A DNA stretch of 64,000 bases from Octopus vulgaris (taxonomy: Eukaryota), in assembly GCA_951406725.2 (NCBI GenBank), contig OX597816.1:57846001-57910000 (forward strand), given 5' to 3'. A model generated the notes under the pieces. The model was not told the origin of the DNA. It did no database searches and saw nothing but the letters and a program-made list of their open reading frames with translations. Numbering within the stretch: the first letter of the stretch is position 1; the number at the start of each line of letters is the position of its first letter. The position numbers were made by a program, and so were the translations under genes. Of this stretch, positions 52,890 through 64,000 are shown in pieces.

Positions 52890-52945
52890 CAGAATGATGC
52901 ACAAAGATAGGCACACACACACACACACACATGTGCACATACCTA

Positions 52946-53335
52946 TTTCTTTACTACCCACAAGGGGACAAACAAGGACAGACAAACAGATGAGGTCGAT
53001 TATATTGACCCCAGTGTGTAACTGGTACTTATTTAATCGACCCCGAAAGGATGAAAGGCAAAGTCGACCTTGGTGGAATTTGAACCAAAAACGTAGCGGC
53101 AGACGAAATACCTATTTGTTTACTACCCACAAGGGGCTAAACACAGAGGGGACAAACAAGGACAGACAAACGGAGTAAGTCGATTATATCGACCACAGTG
53201 CACAACTGGTACTTAATTTATCGACCCCGAAAGGATGAAAGGCAAAGTTGACCTCGGCAGGATTTGAACTCAGAACATAACGGCAGACGAAATACGGCCA
53301 CGCATTTCGCCCGGCGTGCTAACGACTGCCAGCCA
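52946..53335 (-). mobile_element. Nin-domain SINE with tandemly duplicated 3' part
   Basis: Two successive reverse-complement matches to 4877-5101. Confidence 0.8.
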
Positions 53336-54117
53336 ACACATGCACACCCACACATACATACACCTCTCAGTATAGCTGCTGATCTCTCGCTGCAACATTA
53401 GAGTTACCATCGCACACACACAAATACACACACTCAGTTACTGTTACACACATAAACAAACACACGCTAATATACACCCACACGCTGCCATACATACACA
53501 TGCTTACACACATTCACATGACACCATACATACGCACACACATGCAGAGATACCAACCATTATTCACTCTCCTATCCCAGAATGCACTTTTCTTTCTCCT
53601 GTTTCTGATCGTTTAAAAAATATGACTCCACATGGACTGTTGGCAATTTGTTTTCTTCTCTCTTTCTTTTCCTTTGGACTCTCCAATGTTACTTTCTATA
53701 CATATATTGCCTTTGATATATATATACATACACATACACATACAAATACGTTATATATAAATATGTGCCAATGGCATGTAAAAAGCACCCACAACACTCA
53801 CAGAGTGGACGGTATTAGGAAGGGCATCAAGCTGGAGAAACACTGCCAGATGAGACTGGGCCTGGTGCAGCCTCCTGGCTTCCCAGACCCCAGTCAAGCC
53901 GTCCATCTCATGCTAGCATGGAAAATGGATGTTAAACGATGATGATGATGATATATATATAAATGTACTGATAAGAAAAGAAATGAAACAACAATTAACA
54001 ATTAAAAGTTGATCATTGACATTAAAAGGTCATAGTTTAATACCAATTATCTAGTTGTTAATTGTTCCATTTCTTGTCTTATCTGAATATATTAAACCAT
54101 GATTTACCATTTAAACC

Positions 54118-54217
54118 ACCGACTACTGTTAATCTTATAGGAAGGCCTATACATAGTGAGGTAACACACCAGTTGGTGTATTACCTCACTATTTAAAAAT
54201 ATAGTCACTCATCAGGT
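54118..54217 (-). ncRNA. Degenerate hammerhead motif with a near-perfect long hairpin in stem II
   Basis: ACC-TGATGA core and GTC-GGT end are present, but GAAA reads TTAA; hairpin at 54153-54192 has one G-U pair on the minus strand. Confidence 0.45.
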
Positions 54218-54344
54218 CTAAAATAATAATCAGATAAATATTGAAGAATACGTGTTTTAACAATTAATACATTAATCTCTTAGATGGTTGCATAACCTCT
54301 AACTCATAATTTTTATATAACACACACACACATATATATATATA

Positions 54345-55100
54345 ACATCATTGTCATTTAATGTATATTTTCCATGCTGGCATGGGTTAGATGGTTTGAC
54401 TGGAGACTGGCAAAGTTTCTACAGCTGGATGCCCTTCCTAATGCCAACCACTCCGAGAGGCTAGTAGGTGCTTTTTATGTGCCACCGGCTCGCGGGCCAG
54501 TCAGGCAGTACTGGCAGTGTCCACGCTTGAATGGTGCTTTTTACATGCCACCGGCATGGGAGCCAGTCAGGTGGCACTGGCAATGATCACGCTCAAATGG
54601 TACTTTTAACGTGCCAATCAGGCAGTACTGTCATCGGCCACGACATCAATTTCACTTGCCTCAACAGATCTTTGCAAGCGCAGTTTATTGCCCAATGATT
54701 GAAGGGTACTCTTAAATAGGCTGGTTGTGCTGCACTGGCATAGGCCATGGTTATGGCCTCACTTAGCTTGCTGGGTCTTCTCAATCACAGCATATCTCCA
54801 AAGGTCTCAGTCACTTTTCATTGCCTTGGTGAGGCTCAATGTTCGAAGGTCGTGCTTCACCACTCCATGCTAGGTCTTCCTGGGTCTACCTCTTCCACAG
54901 GTTCTCTCTACTGCTAGAATGTGACATTTTTTCACACAGCTGTCCTCATCCTTACGCAACACATGACCATACCAGCGCAGTCATCTCTCTTGCACACCAC
55001 ATCTGATACTTCCAACTTTTCTCTCAAGGCGCTTACACTCTGTCATGTATGCACACTGACATTACACATCCAGCAAAGCATACTGGCTTCATTCCTTGCT
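54345..55100 (-). mobile_element. RTE-clade LINE 3' fragment
   Basis: Minus strand ERXLRWYGHVLRKDEDSCVKKC...GRPRKT, then the 3' UTR repeats. Confidence 0.85.
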
Positions 55101-55754
55101 AGCTTTTGGTTTCCTGTAGCATTGCTCTCTTTTACAAACTCGGTGAACATTCATATATTTCTGATTTCAAAGAAATTTGAACAATAGATATAAAACCCAA
55201 GTTAAAAAAGATACCCAACAATTCAACTTCTCTGGTTGACTTCAAGATTCCCCCACCCCTCAAAGAGGCCTTAACTTCCACATTTTAGAAATCCACGTGC
55301 TCCATTTCTCAGGAGCAAAAACCTTTGAATAGGTTTCATAAGATTTGGATTTTGGAATCTGGGCATAAATACGAGTAATATGGGATAAATATGTCATAAT
55401 TAGAATTTTTGTTAGGTTGTGTAAAGTGGGAAAGAACCACCATTAAAATTCTTAATCTCCAATTTTGATGAAATTTGAATCATAAGTATTTCAGTTCATT
55501 ACAGAAAATATAAAAGAAAAGTCTAATTCTTCAATTCCAAGTGACAAGGGCAATGCCCGCTGTCTTGACTGGCTTCTGAGCAGGTGGCATGTAAAAAGCA
55601 CCCACTACACTCACAGAGTGGTTGGCATTAGGAAGGGCATCCAGCTATAGAAACACTGCCAGATCAGACTGGAGTCTGGTGCAGCCTCCTGGCTTCCCAG
55701 ACCTCAGTCGAACCATCCAACCCATGCTAGCATGGAAAATGGACGTTAAACAAT

Positions 55755-55814
<60 letters not shown>

Positions 55815-56048
55815 ATCATCATCGTTTAGCGTCCGCTTTCCATGCTAGCATAGGTTGGACGGCTCAACTGGGGTCTGGGAAGCCAGAAGGCTGCATCAGG
55901 CCCAGTCTGATCTGACAATGTTTCTACGTCTGGATGCCCTTCCTAGCGCCAACCACTCCGTGAGTGTAGTGGGTGCTTTTACGTGCCAGACGAGGCTGGC
56001 AAATGGCCATGATCGGATGGTGCTTTTTACGTGCCACCGGCACGTATG

Positions 56049-56090
<42 letters not shown>

Positions 56091-56212
56091 GGGTAGAATC
56101 TGTAAATTTAGGGTGAATACTTGATAAGTGTAAGCACCTCTATATACCAGATAGTGGCAGAGATGAGAGAGAATATATCAAATAAAATTAAAAACAGAAC
56201 ACAAAGGATATC

Positions 56213-56303
56213 GTGGTACACATGTTTCAAGCTTTATAAACAACCCGTTATTACATCAGTGCATTATTGACATAAAAGATGGTTTAAAGCTTTCTTCAGC
56301 CAC
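56213..56303 (-). ncRNA. Type I hammerhead ribozyme with extended stem II, plus an inverted partial copy at 56349-56428
   Basis: GTGG-CTGAAGA-AAGCTTTA...TAAAGCTT-GAAA-CATGTG-TA-CCAC; the inverted copy has GAAACACGTGTA. Confidence 0.82.
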
Positions 56304-56418
56304 AAACATTGTTAGTCCAAAGAATTACATCATAGATGTAATTCTTTACACTGATGTAATAACGGATTGTTTATAAAGCTTGAAACACGTGTACCACGAT
56401 ATCCTTTGTGTTCTGTTT

Positions 56419-56450
<32 letters not shown>

Positions 56451-56495
56451 GAAAAAATAAGTCAAAATGGTAAAATTATTTTATAAAGAACATTT

Positions 56496-56533
56496 CAGTA
56501 CCGTTTTCAGTCATTTTGAGACCTTTTCAACTG
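56496..56533 (-). ncRNA. Minimal hammerhead variant with U3-A8 core pair
   Basis: CAG-TTGAAAA-GGTC(TCAAAAT)GACT-GAAA-ACGG-TA-CTG. Confidence 0.55.
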
Positions 56534-56679
56534 TAACGATTAAATAATTAAATTTAGAAAAATTAAAAGAAATGTTTTTTTTTAAAGGAATATTTGTATA
56601 GTGTTCAAATATAAGTGGCATTTTCCTTGTTTCTGCCTTGCTCTATCTCTCTTGTTCACACTTGTGGGTTCGAGGTCGT

Positions 56680-56733
<54 letters not shown>

Positions 56734-56734
56734 C

Positions 56735-57540
56735 AGGGTCTGATGGCATCTGTGCAGAAGTCTTGAAATATGGGAGTGACAAAATCTTTGAGCTCTTAAA
56801 TATATTAATTTGTCACTGTTGGAGAACTGAGAAAGTGCCTCAGGACTGGATTGATGCCATTTTAGTTTCCTTGTATAAATCGGGGCCAAAGGATATGTGT
56901 GGTAATTTTCGTGGTATTTCATTTTTGTCTGTGTGGTTGGAAAGGTACTTGCCTGCATTTTGTTAGAACGTTTAAATATTTTTATAGTTCCAAATATAGT
57001 GTCTGAGCCTCAGTGTGGTTTTCATTCCTTCAGGGACACAGCTGATTGTATCTTTACGGTCAGACAATTACAAGAAAAGTGCATTGAACAGAATCTTGCT
57101 CTATACCATTGCTTTGTTGATTTGAGCAAAGCATTCGATACTGTTAATTGAAATGCTCTGTGGCTAATTCTAAGGAAAATAAGGTTGCCCAGAAAAATTT
57201 GTCAACATGATCAGGGTTTTGCATCAAGATATGAAGGCTAGAGTTAAGCTTTGGTGGTAGGTTCTCTGAAAATGGAAAATGGAGTAAAGCAAAGAGGCCT
57301 TGATGCACCCAGTGTATGACAGAAGGTTTGCAAATCCAACAGAGACTTCAAAAGACATTTTAAGATCCACAAAGATTAGAACTTATCTGCAGCTCTTGGT
57401 GGTCCAAATTGGATATGCAATCTATGTGAGTGTCTTTTCAGAACATTGTCTAGTTTAAAAAGCCACATCAGATGCCATGATGGTGCTAAAGTGTAGGTAC
57501 AAGAGGTGGTCAAACTCTGCATAAGGAGTAGACAACCACC
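56735..57540 (+). mobile_element. RTE (BovB-like) LINE remnant: RT N-terminal part plus C-terminal C2H2 finger
   Basis: VPQDWIDAILVSLYK, GNFRGIS, QCGF, RQLQEKCIEQ, FVDLSKAFDTVN; later ICNLCECLFRTLSSLKSHIRCH. Confidence 0.85.
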
Positions 57541-57611
57541 ATATATAAGTGCGTGTGTACCGTTGGTGATTTTTTTCCTCTATCTTCCCTTCTCTGGATC
57601 TTTCCTTCTAT

Positions 57612-57646
57612 GTTTCCGATGAAGAGCTACGCTCGAAACGTTAAAC
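57612..57646 (+). ncRNA. Minimal hammerhead motif (U4C variant)
   Basis: GTTT-CCGATGA-A-GAGC(TAC)GCTC-GAAA-CG-TT-AAAC. Confidence 0.72.
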
Positions 57647-57757
57647 CCTCCTTCTTTCCTGAGCGTCCAATAATACTATATTTGTTCCACGTCCTCGCAT
57701 TGTTGTGTTTTCTCTTTGTGTTTTCATGTTTGGATTAACTATATATATATATATACA

Positions 57758-57820
<63 letters not shown>

Positions 57821-58212
57821 CGAGCTTCTTTCAGTTTCTGTCTACCAAATCCACTCACAAGGCTTTGGTCGGCCGAAGGTTATAATAGAAGACACCTGCC
57901 CAAGGTGCCACACAGTGGGACTGAACCCCGAACCATGTGGTTGGTAAGAATGCTACTTCCCCACAGCCACACCAGCACCTATATCATACTAAAAATATAT
58001 ATACTCTGATTTAAAGTGACATTTATATATAAACAATTGACTTATTATATCTAATAAGGCAACCAAGTTGTTCTTAGGCTGAACATAACAAGATAGTTAA
58101 GTATGGAAAAAATGAAAAACAAAAGAACGGAGTAGATATCAACAAAATAAAGTGTTCATGCATGAATGCTCATGAAAAAGGCAAGTGTAAATCGCTGGTA
58201 TGAATTGATTAA

Positions 58213-58433
58213 CCCTTTAGCATTTAAACCGGCCATATCCGGCTGAAATGTTCTGCTTGTTTTATGTTCAAATTGGCCAGATGCAGCCTCTCACACAGAC
58301 CCTATAATGTCATTCTTACAAATAAACAATTGCATCATCGAAATCTTGAAGCTACATGAACATGCATGTTTAATTCAAAACAATATGCATTAATAAGCAT
58401 TACAATTGACAGAATGATCTGAACACTAAAGGG
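58213..58433. mobile_element. piggyBac-type MITE (second family)
   Basis: TTAA|CCCTTTAG...CTAAAGGG|TTAA. Confidence 0.85.
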
Positions 58434-59801
58434 TTAAACCCAACTCTACAGACAGTCACGGTATCTGGACAAAATCCCACCGAGAATAAAATTTACACAA
58501 AAATATCAACTAATCATCATCATCAACCATGTTTGGATGGTGCTTTTTACGTGCCACTGGCACAGGGAGCCAGTCAGGCGGGACTGGCATCGACTCACAC
58601 ATAAATGGTGCTTTTTACATGCTACTGGCATGGGGAGCCACTCAGGTGGCACTGGCATCGACCCACAAATGAATGGTGCTTTTTACGTGCCACCGGCATG
58701 GGGAACCAGTCAGACAGAACTGGCATTGAAACATGCACGAATGGTGCTTATTGCATGCCACCAGCACAGGTGCCAGTCAGACAGAACTGGCATTGACCCA
58801 CGCATGAATGGTGCTTATTGCGTGCCAGTCAAGCAGCACTGGCAATGGCCACAACTACAATTTCCATTTTGATTTCAATTTGATTGAGATTCTGATAGTG
58901 ATTTTGGTCTTACTTGACACAACAGGTCTTCTCAAGCATAGCGTATCAAAGGTACTTTTTAAACGGGCTGGTTATGTGACACTGGTATAGGCTACAGCTG
59001 TGATCTCACTTTACTTGCTGAGAACATTTCACTTTCCTAAAATATTTTTGTCGTAAAGAAAGAATACCCTGGTGGGATTTTGTCCTGGTACCCAGTCACA
59101 CCTGTGCATATACACAGTTATAGACACGTGTCCATATATACTTATGTACACACACACACACACATAAAAAATACATACACCCATACACATACAAATCTTT
59201 CAAAATATATACATTACACTAAATAAAGACATTTACCAGCATAAATATCATATGCATACATTCACGCCAGCATTGAAAATGGATGATTGATGATGATGAT
59301 GATGAAATATACCAAATGTTTGGGTCCTGGGACAGCAGCAGCAAGAACGGGGTGAGAAGATGGGGCTGAGGGGAAGGCTATACTGTTGCGAAGAACAATG
59401 ACACACACACACATGCACAAATATGGATGCAAACGCATGTGCACATTAGGTTACACATCATATGAGAGCAGAATGGAGTAAGTGGAGCAAGAGCACACCC
59501 GAAGAGGTCACACATGTGTGATGAAAGATTTTGGGATAATGGATGGGTTAGATTAAGAACAGTAATAACCGAGTGCGTGTGTTTCTTTGGCAAGTGAAAA
59601 AATATGACCATCCCGGAATACAATATATATTAAAAGGCAGTTTGAATCTTGCTTACTTGCAATGTTACCCAGTCAAACTGGAGCATAATGGGAAAATACT
59701 ATGAATTAACTTTACCCTGAAATGTTATTATGAATGGAATGAAACAAGTTTTGCGTGTATCAGTAGTTATTGAGATATTCGGGGTTTGGGGATATAAATA
59801 C

Positions 59802-59846
59802 CCAAAACAGTGCATAATGGGAAAATGTTCCGAATTTAACTTCATC
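59802..59846 (-). other. Candidate 45-nt upstream exon
   Basis: Acceptor CTTCTTCCCTTTCAG, weak donor GTATTT; open in two frames. Confidence 0.35.
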
Positions 59847-60410
59847 CTGAAAGGGAAGAAGCTCTAACCATTCGACGTCACATTCATTGAAAGCATGCAA
59901 ATAACCTGGAAACGAAAAAAAACCCCCACAAAACAAAACTCTTTTGCTGGGAAACTCAGTTTCCTTGTAACCCAACAGGTCACGGGTCATCATCATCATC
60001 ATTGTTGTTGTTTAACGTTCACTTTCTATGTTGGCATGGGTTGGCCAGAAGGCTGCACCAGGCTCCAATCCAATCTGGCAAAGTTTCTACAGCTGGACGC
60101 GCTTCCTAACACCAACCACTCCGAGAGTGTAGTGGGTGCTTTTTACATGTCACCAGCAACGTAACTTGATATATACCCATATATAAAATCTGTATTCATA
60201 TTCTGTTCTCACTTGGTGTTATGTAACTGGCACCTGTGCCAGTGCCATGTAAAATGCACCTCCTACTCTCAGACTGGTTAGTGTTAGGAAGAGCATCCAG
60301 CCATAGAAGCTCTACCAAATCAGATTGAAACCTGGTGCAGCTCCCAAGCTTACCAGTTTTTAGTCAAACCGTCCAACTCATGCCAGCATGGAAAATGGAT
60401 GTTAAATGAT

Positions 60411-60443
<33 letters not shown>

Positions 60444-60455
60444 GGAAGTGGGGGA

Positions 60456-60668
60456 GAGGGGCCTGAAAAGTTCCTGGCTTTGGGTAAAAGAAAACACAGG
60501 TGGATTGATTAATTATGATTTTATTTAACATATTCTCTTCTCAGATCCACACACTTATTGCGGAAGTCCTTCAGTTTTTCTAAACCCTGTAAAAGAATTT
60601 GGAAGTCGGGCCTCTAAGCAAGCCTTTCGCAAACCCCTTAAAACCAGGAACTTTTCAGCACCCCCTTG
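60456..60668. mobile_element. Mariner-type MITE
   Basis: TIR GGGG..CTGAAAAGTTCCTGG / CCAGGAACTTTTCAGCACCCC. Confidence 0.7.
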
Positions 60669-61223
60669 TGTATATATGGCAGGTTTGCTACCAAATCCGC
60701 TGACAAGTCTTTGATCAGTTCTGTGTTTTAAAAGAAGACGTGTGCCCAAAGTGCGTTGCAATGGGGCTGAATTCCAAACTCCATAGTTAGCAAGCATATT
60801 CTAAACTCCACAGACATGTTTGTGCCTAACACCTCACACATACAGAGGCATATATATAATAAGAGTAAATAATTTCTATAATGGTTTTTAAAAAAAGACC
60901 ACAATTATTTACTGGTAGAATTCGGTATGTAAATATAGCCGATTAACGGTAGGAACTTCTGTAAAGTTCAGTATATATATTGTATATAAGAAAAAGGGAC
61001 AGGCAACAGGTTGCTTGACCGCACACCGAAAAAGTAGAAATAGCAGTCAAGAATGCTTATTTCTATTTTCCAAACCACCAGACTTCGTTTGCGAGGCATA
61101 TATATATATATATATATATACACACATTTACACTTGTCTACAAAGGTGTACAGACAACAATTGTTTGTTAAAATATTATCTTTGCATTCACAGCAGAATT
61201 TATGTGGAAGTTTGAATACTTAC

Positions 61224-61283
61224 AAAGTTGAGAAGATGTTGAGCTGCAGTACTTAACAAATAAATAAAGGCAATACTGAACAC
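61224..61283 (-). other. Candidate 60-nt upstream exon (UTR or coding)
   Basis: Strong acceptor TCTGTTTATTCCACAG and donor GTAAGT; frame 0 reads VFSIAFIYLLSTAAQHLLNF. Confidence 0.5.
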
Positions 61284-63234
61284 CTGTGGAATAAACAGAC
61301 GAGAAATATTTCAAAGTAACCAATGTATTTGCAGTTATGTCATGGTTCAATCCCAGGGTTAAAACTGTATGTGTATGACATTGAAAATAGATTATTTTGT
61401 TAAGGTTATTTCTACAGAAATTATAACCAGCACTAAATTTTTGCTATAGTGTTTTGTATCGAAATGTTAGAGGTTGTAGCATGGTAGCCAGTGGCAGACT
61501 GGGTTAAAAAATATTGGTTGCCAGGAGACTAAGGTGGCCCACCTGCAACTACAATCATCATCATCATCATCATGTAGCGTCCGCTTTCCATGCCAGCATG
61601 GGTTGGACGGTTCAACTGGGGTCTGGGAAGCTAGAAGGCCGCACCAGGCCCAGTCTGATCTGGCAATGTTTCTACAGCTGGATGCCCTTCCTATCGCCAA
61701 CTACTCCATGAGTGTAGTGGGTGCTTTTTACGTGTCACCGGCACAGGTGCCAGACGGGGCTGGCAAACGGCCACGGTCGGATGGTGCTTTTTAAGTGCCA
61801 CCGGCATGGGAGCCAGGCGAGGCTGGCAACGGCCACGATTGGATGGTTTGTTTACGTGCCACCGGCACTGGTATCACAGCTGCAATTTCCATTGTTACAA
61901 TTTAATTTGTTATAATTTAATTGTTATAATTTAATTGTTATAATTTAATTTGTTTTTTTGTTAAAAGTATTCTTTTCAACTGTCTACAAACACAGCCAAG
62001 TTGAAATAATGCATTCTTCCAGGAGTGAAAAAATTCTCAAACTTGAGGGGATGGGCCCCCATATATAGATTCTAATGGCGCAGGGGTCCACTCGCCATTG
62101 GGCAAGCTGGCCAGTCCACCACTGGTTGTAGCAAAAAATGAGTACTAGCTAAAATGTCTGTCAAAATAACATTGATAAAATAATGTGAAGAGCACTGCTA
62201 ACACAGGAGGATATGGTGTTGATTTATAAAAACATTCACTATGCTTTATAGCAGTGGTTCCCAACATTTTAGCACTTGTGAGCCCTTACCCAAAAGCTTG
62301 AAACCCACGTGACCCCCTACTATTAGTAGAGCATAAAAAAATATAATTGATGAGTTGAAACTAATATTATTCCAAGCCACTTCTAGCAAGGTTATGTGAC
62401 CTCACTACTAAGGCTTCTTGGCCTCAGAGGGATCAGGAACCACTGGTAGGGAACCCCTACTTTATAGTATATTATGGTTGCATAATGAAATTCCATGTGC
62501 CTGCAAGTCTTTAATTGAGAATAGAGTCTTTCTTTATCAATTAGATGGAGACATTAAGAATATTAAGATAAAGATGTTCCAGTGGAGAAAGATGGTGCTG
62601 CCACTGTCAATGATGATGGTTGTGTGTGTGAATGAAGTTAACAAATAATTACCTTGACTCCAAAAATGGTCAGCATGGGTTCAGTCCAGGTAATGTTTCT
62701 AGTGATGTTGAAAATAATGAAAAGGTAATTAAAACACGTTTCGAAATTGTAAAATGATAATTAGGGTAGATATCAACTTTGTTTAACAGCCACTTTTCCA
62801 TGCTTCCATGGGTCACTTGGAATTGGTTAAGGTGGATTCTCTAAGACCGGATGCCCTCTCTGTCATCAACCTGCACCCGTTTCCATGGTAATATTTCTCC
62901 CATGACAAGACATGTCTTCATAGAATATTGGAAACAAAGAACAGAGCTTGCATGATGGTGAAACTTGTTTACAACTGTCAAGTGGTATCAAGGCAATGAC
63001 ACACAAACACAGCTACATGATGGGCTTCTTTCAGTTTCCACCTACCAAATTCACTCACAAGACTTTGGTCAGCCTGAGGTTAAAGCAGAAGACACTTGCC
63101 CAAAGTGCCATGCAATGAGATTGAACCCAAAACCATGTGGTTGGGGAGCAAGCTTCTTACCACACAGTCACACCTGTGCCTCCATAATTAAATTTAAAAT
63201 AGCAAACTGGCAATTAGAGTACTCTTTATTTTTT

Positions 63235-63612
63235 TTACTCTTTTTACTTGTTTCAGTCATTTGACTGTGGCCATGCTGGAGCACCACCTTTAGTCGAGCA
63301 AATCGACCTTAGGACTAATTCTTTGTAAGCCTAGTACTTATTCGGTCGGTCTCTTTTGCTGAACTGCTAAGTTACGGGGACGTAAACACACCGGCATCGG
63401 TTTGTCGGGGGACAAACACAGACACACAAACATATACACACACATGCATATATACGACGGGCTTCTTTCAGTTTCCGTCTACCAAATCCACTCACAAGGC
63501 TTTGGTCGGCTCGAGGCTATAGTAGAAGACACTTGCCCAAGGTGCCACGCAATGGGACTGAACCCAGAACCATGTGGTTTGTAAGCAAGCTACTTACCAC
63601 ACAGCCACTCCT
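63235..63612 (-). mobile_element. CORE-type composite SINE (a degenerate head copy lies at 63000-63182)
   Basis: Near-identical to 4135-4578. Confidence 0.85.
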
Positions 63613-64000
63613 ACGTAGATGTTAGAGAGAGAATATTTTCTCAAAGTCAATCCATGCGAGAGTGGAGAAGCAGACATGATAATAATTCCTAATATTGGCA
63701 CAAGGCCAGTAAATTAGTGGGTGGTGGGGCAATTGATGACACCAACCCCAGGGATGAAATGGCTCTTATTGTATTGACACCAAAAAGATGAAAGGCAAGA
63801 ATCAGCCTGAGTGGAATTGGAATCCAGAACATAAACAGCCAGAACAAATGCCACTAAGCATTTTGTCTGAGTTGTGGCCGATGCAGTCTTGAAAAGTATC
63901 GATTTGGTACTGGTAGCACAATTTAGTAACTCTATGCAGTTCTGTCACACAGCAAATAGGGATCAGACTGGCTGTCTTGAAATTATCTTTGAAGTTCTTT

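Noticed and set aside
58530-58830. CRISPR-like look of the ~65-bp repeat units
   Set aside because: The variable parts are homologous to each other, the array belongs to a dispersed RTE 3' UTR, there are no cas genes, and the context is eukaryotic.

Overview
Repeat-dense, AT-rich eukaryotic genomic DNA. Its SINE and RTE-tail families point to an octopus or other coleoid cephalopod (inference). Most of the window is (TA)n/(TG)n microsatellite, SINEs, LINE fragments (Tx1/L1, RTE, CR1, Penelope), mariner/maT relics, MITEs, Helitron pieces and one deleted Gypsy-type LTR element. Four things stand out. (1) An intronless 516-aa minus-strand ORF (23241-24791) fuses IFIT/TTC22-like TPR repeats to a C-terminal TIR domain with a Glu at the catalytic position, making it a candidate innate sensor-effector. 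(2) About 11 dispersed type I hammerhead ribozyme motifs occur in non-coding Penelope-LTR-like elements; they show C-G, G-C and U-A covariation at core pair 3-8, and 10 of 11 end next to a (TA)n tract. (3) An apparently intact 2.84-kb hAT (Buster/SPIN-like) transposon has perfect TIRs and TSD. (4) A five-exon, phase-consistent minus-strand gene (36351-49736) encodes an unrecognised ~200-aa protein. All calls were made by eye; no searches were run. Repeat boundaries are approximate unless TIR or TSD coordinates are quoted.
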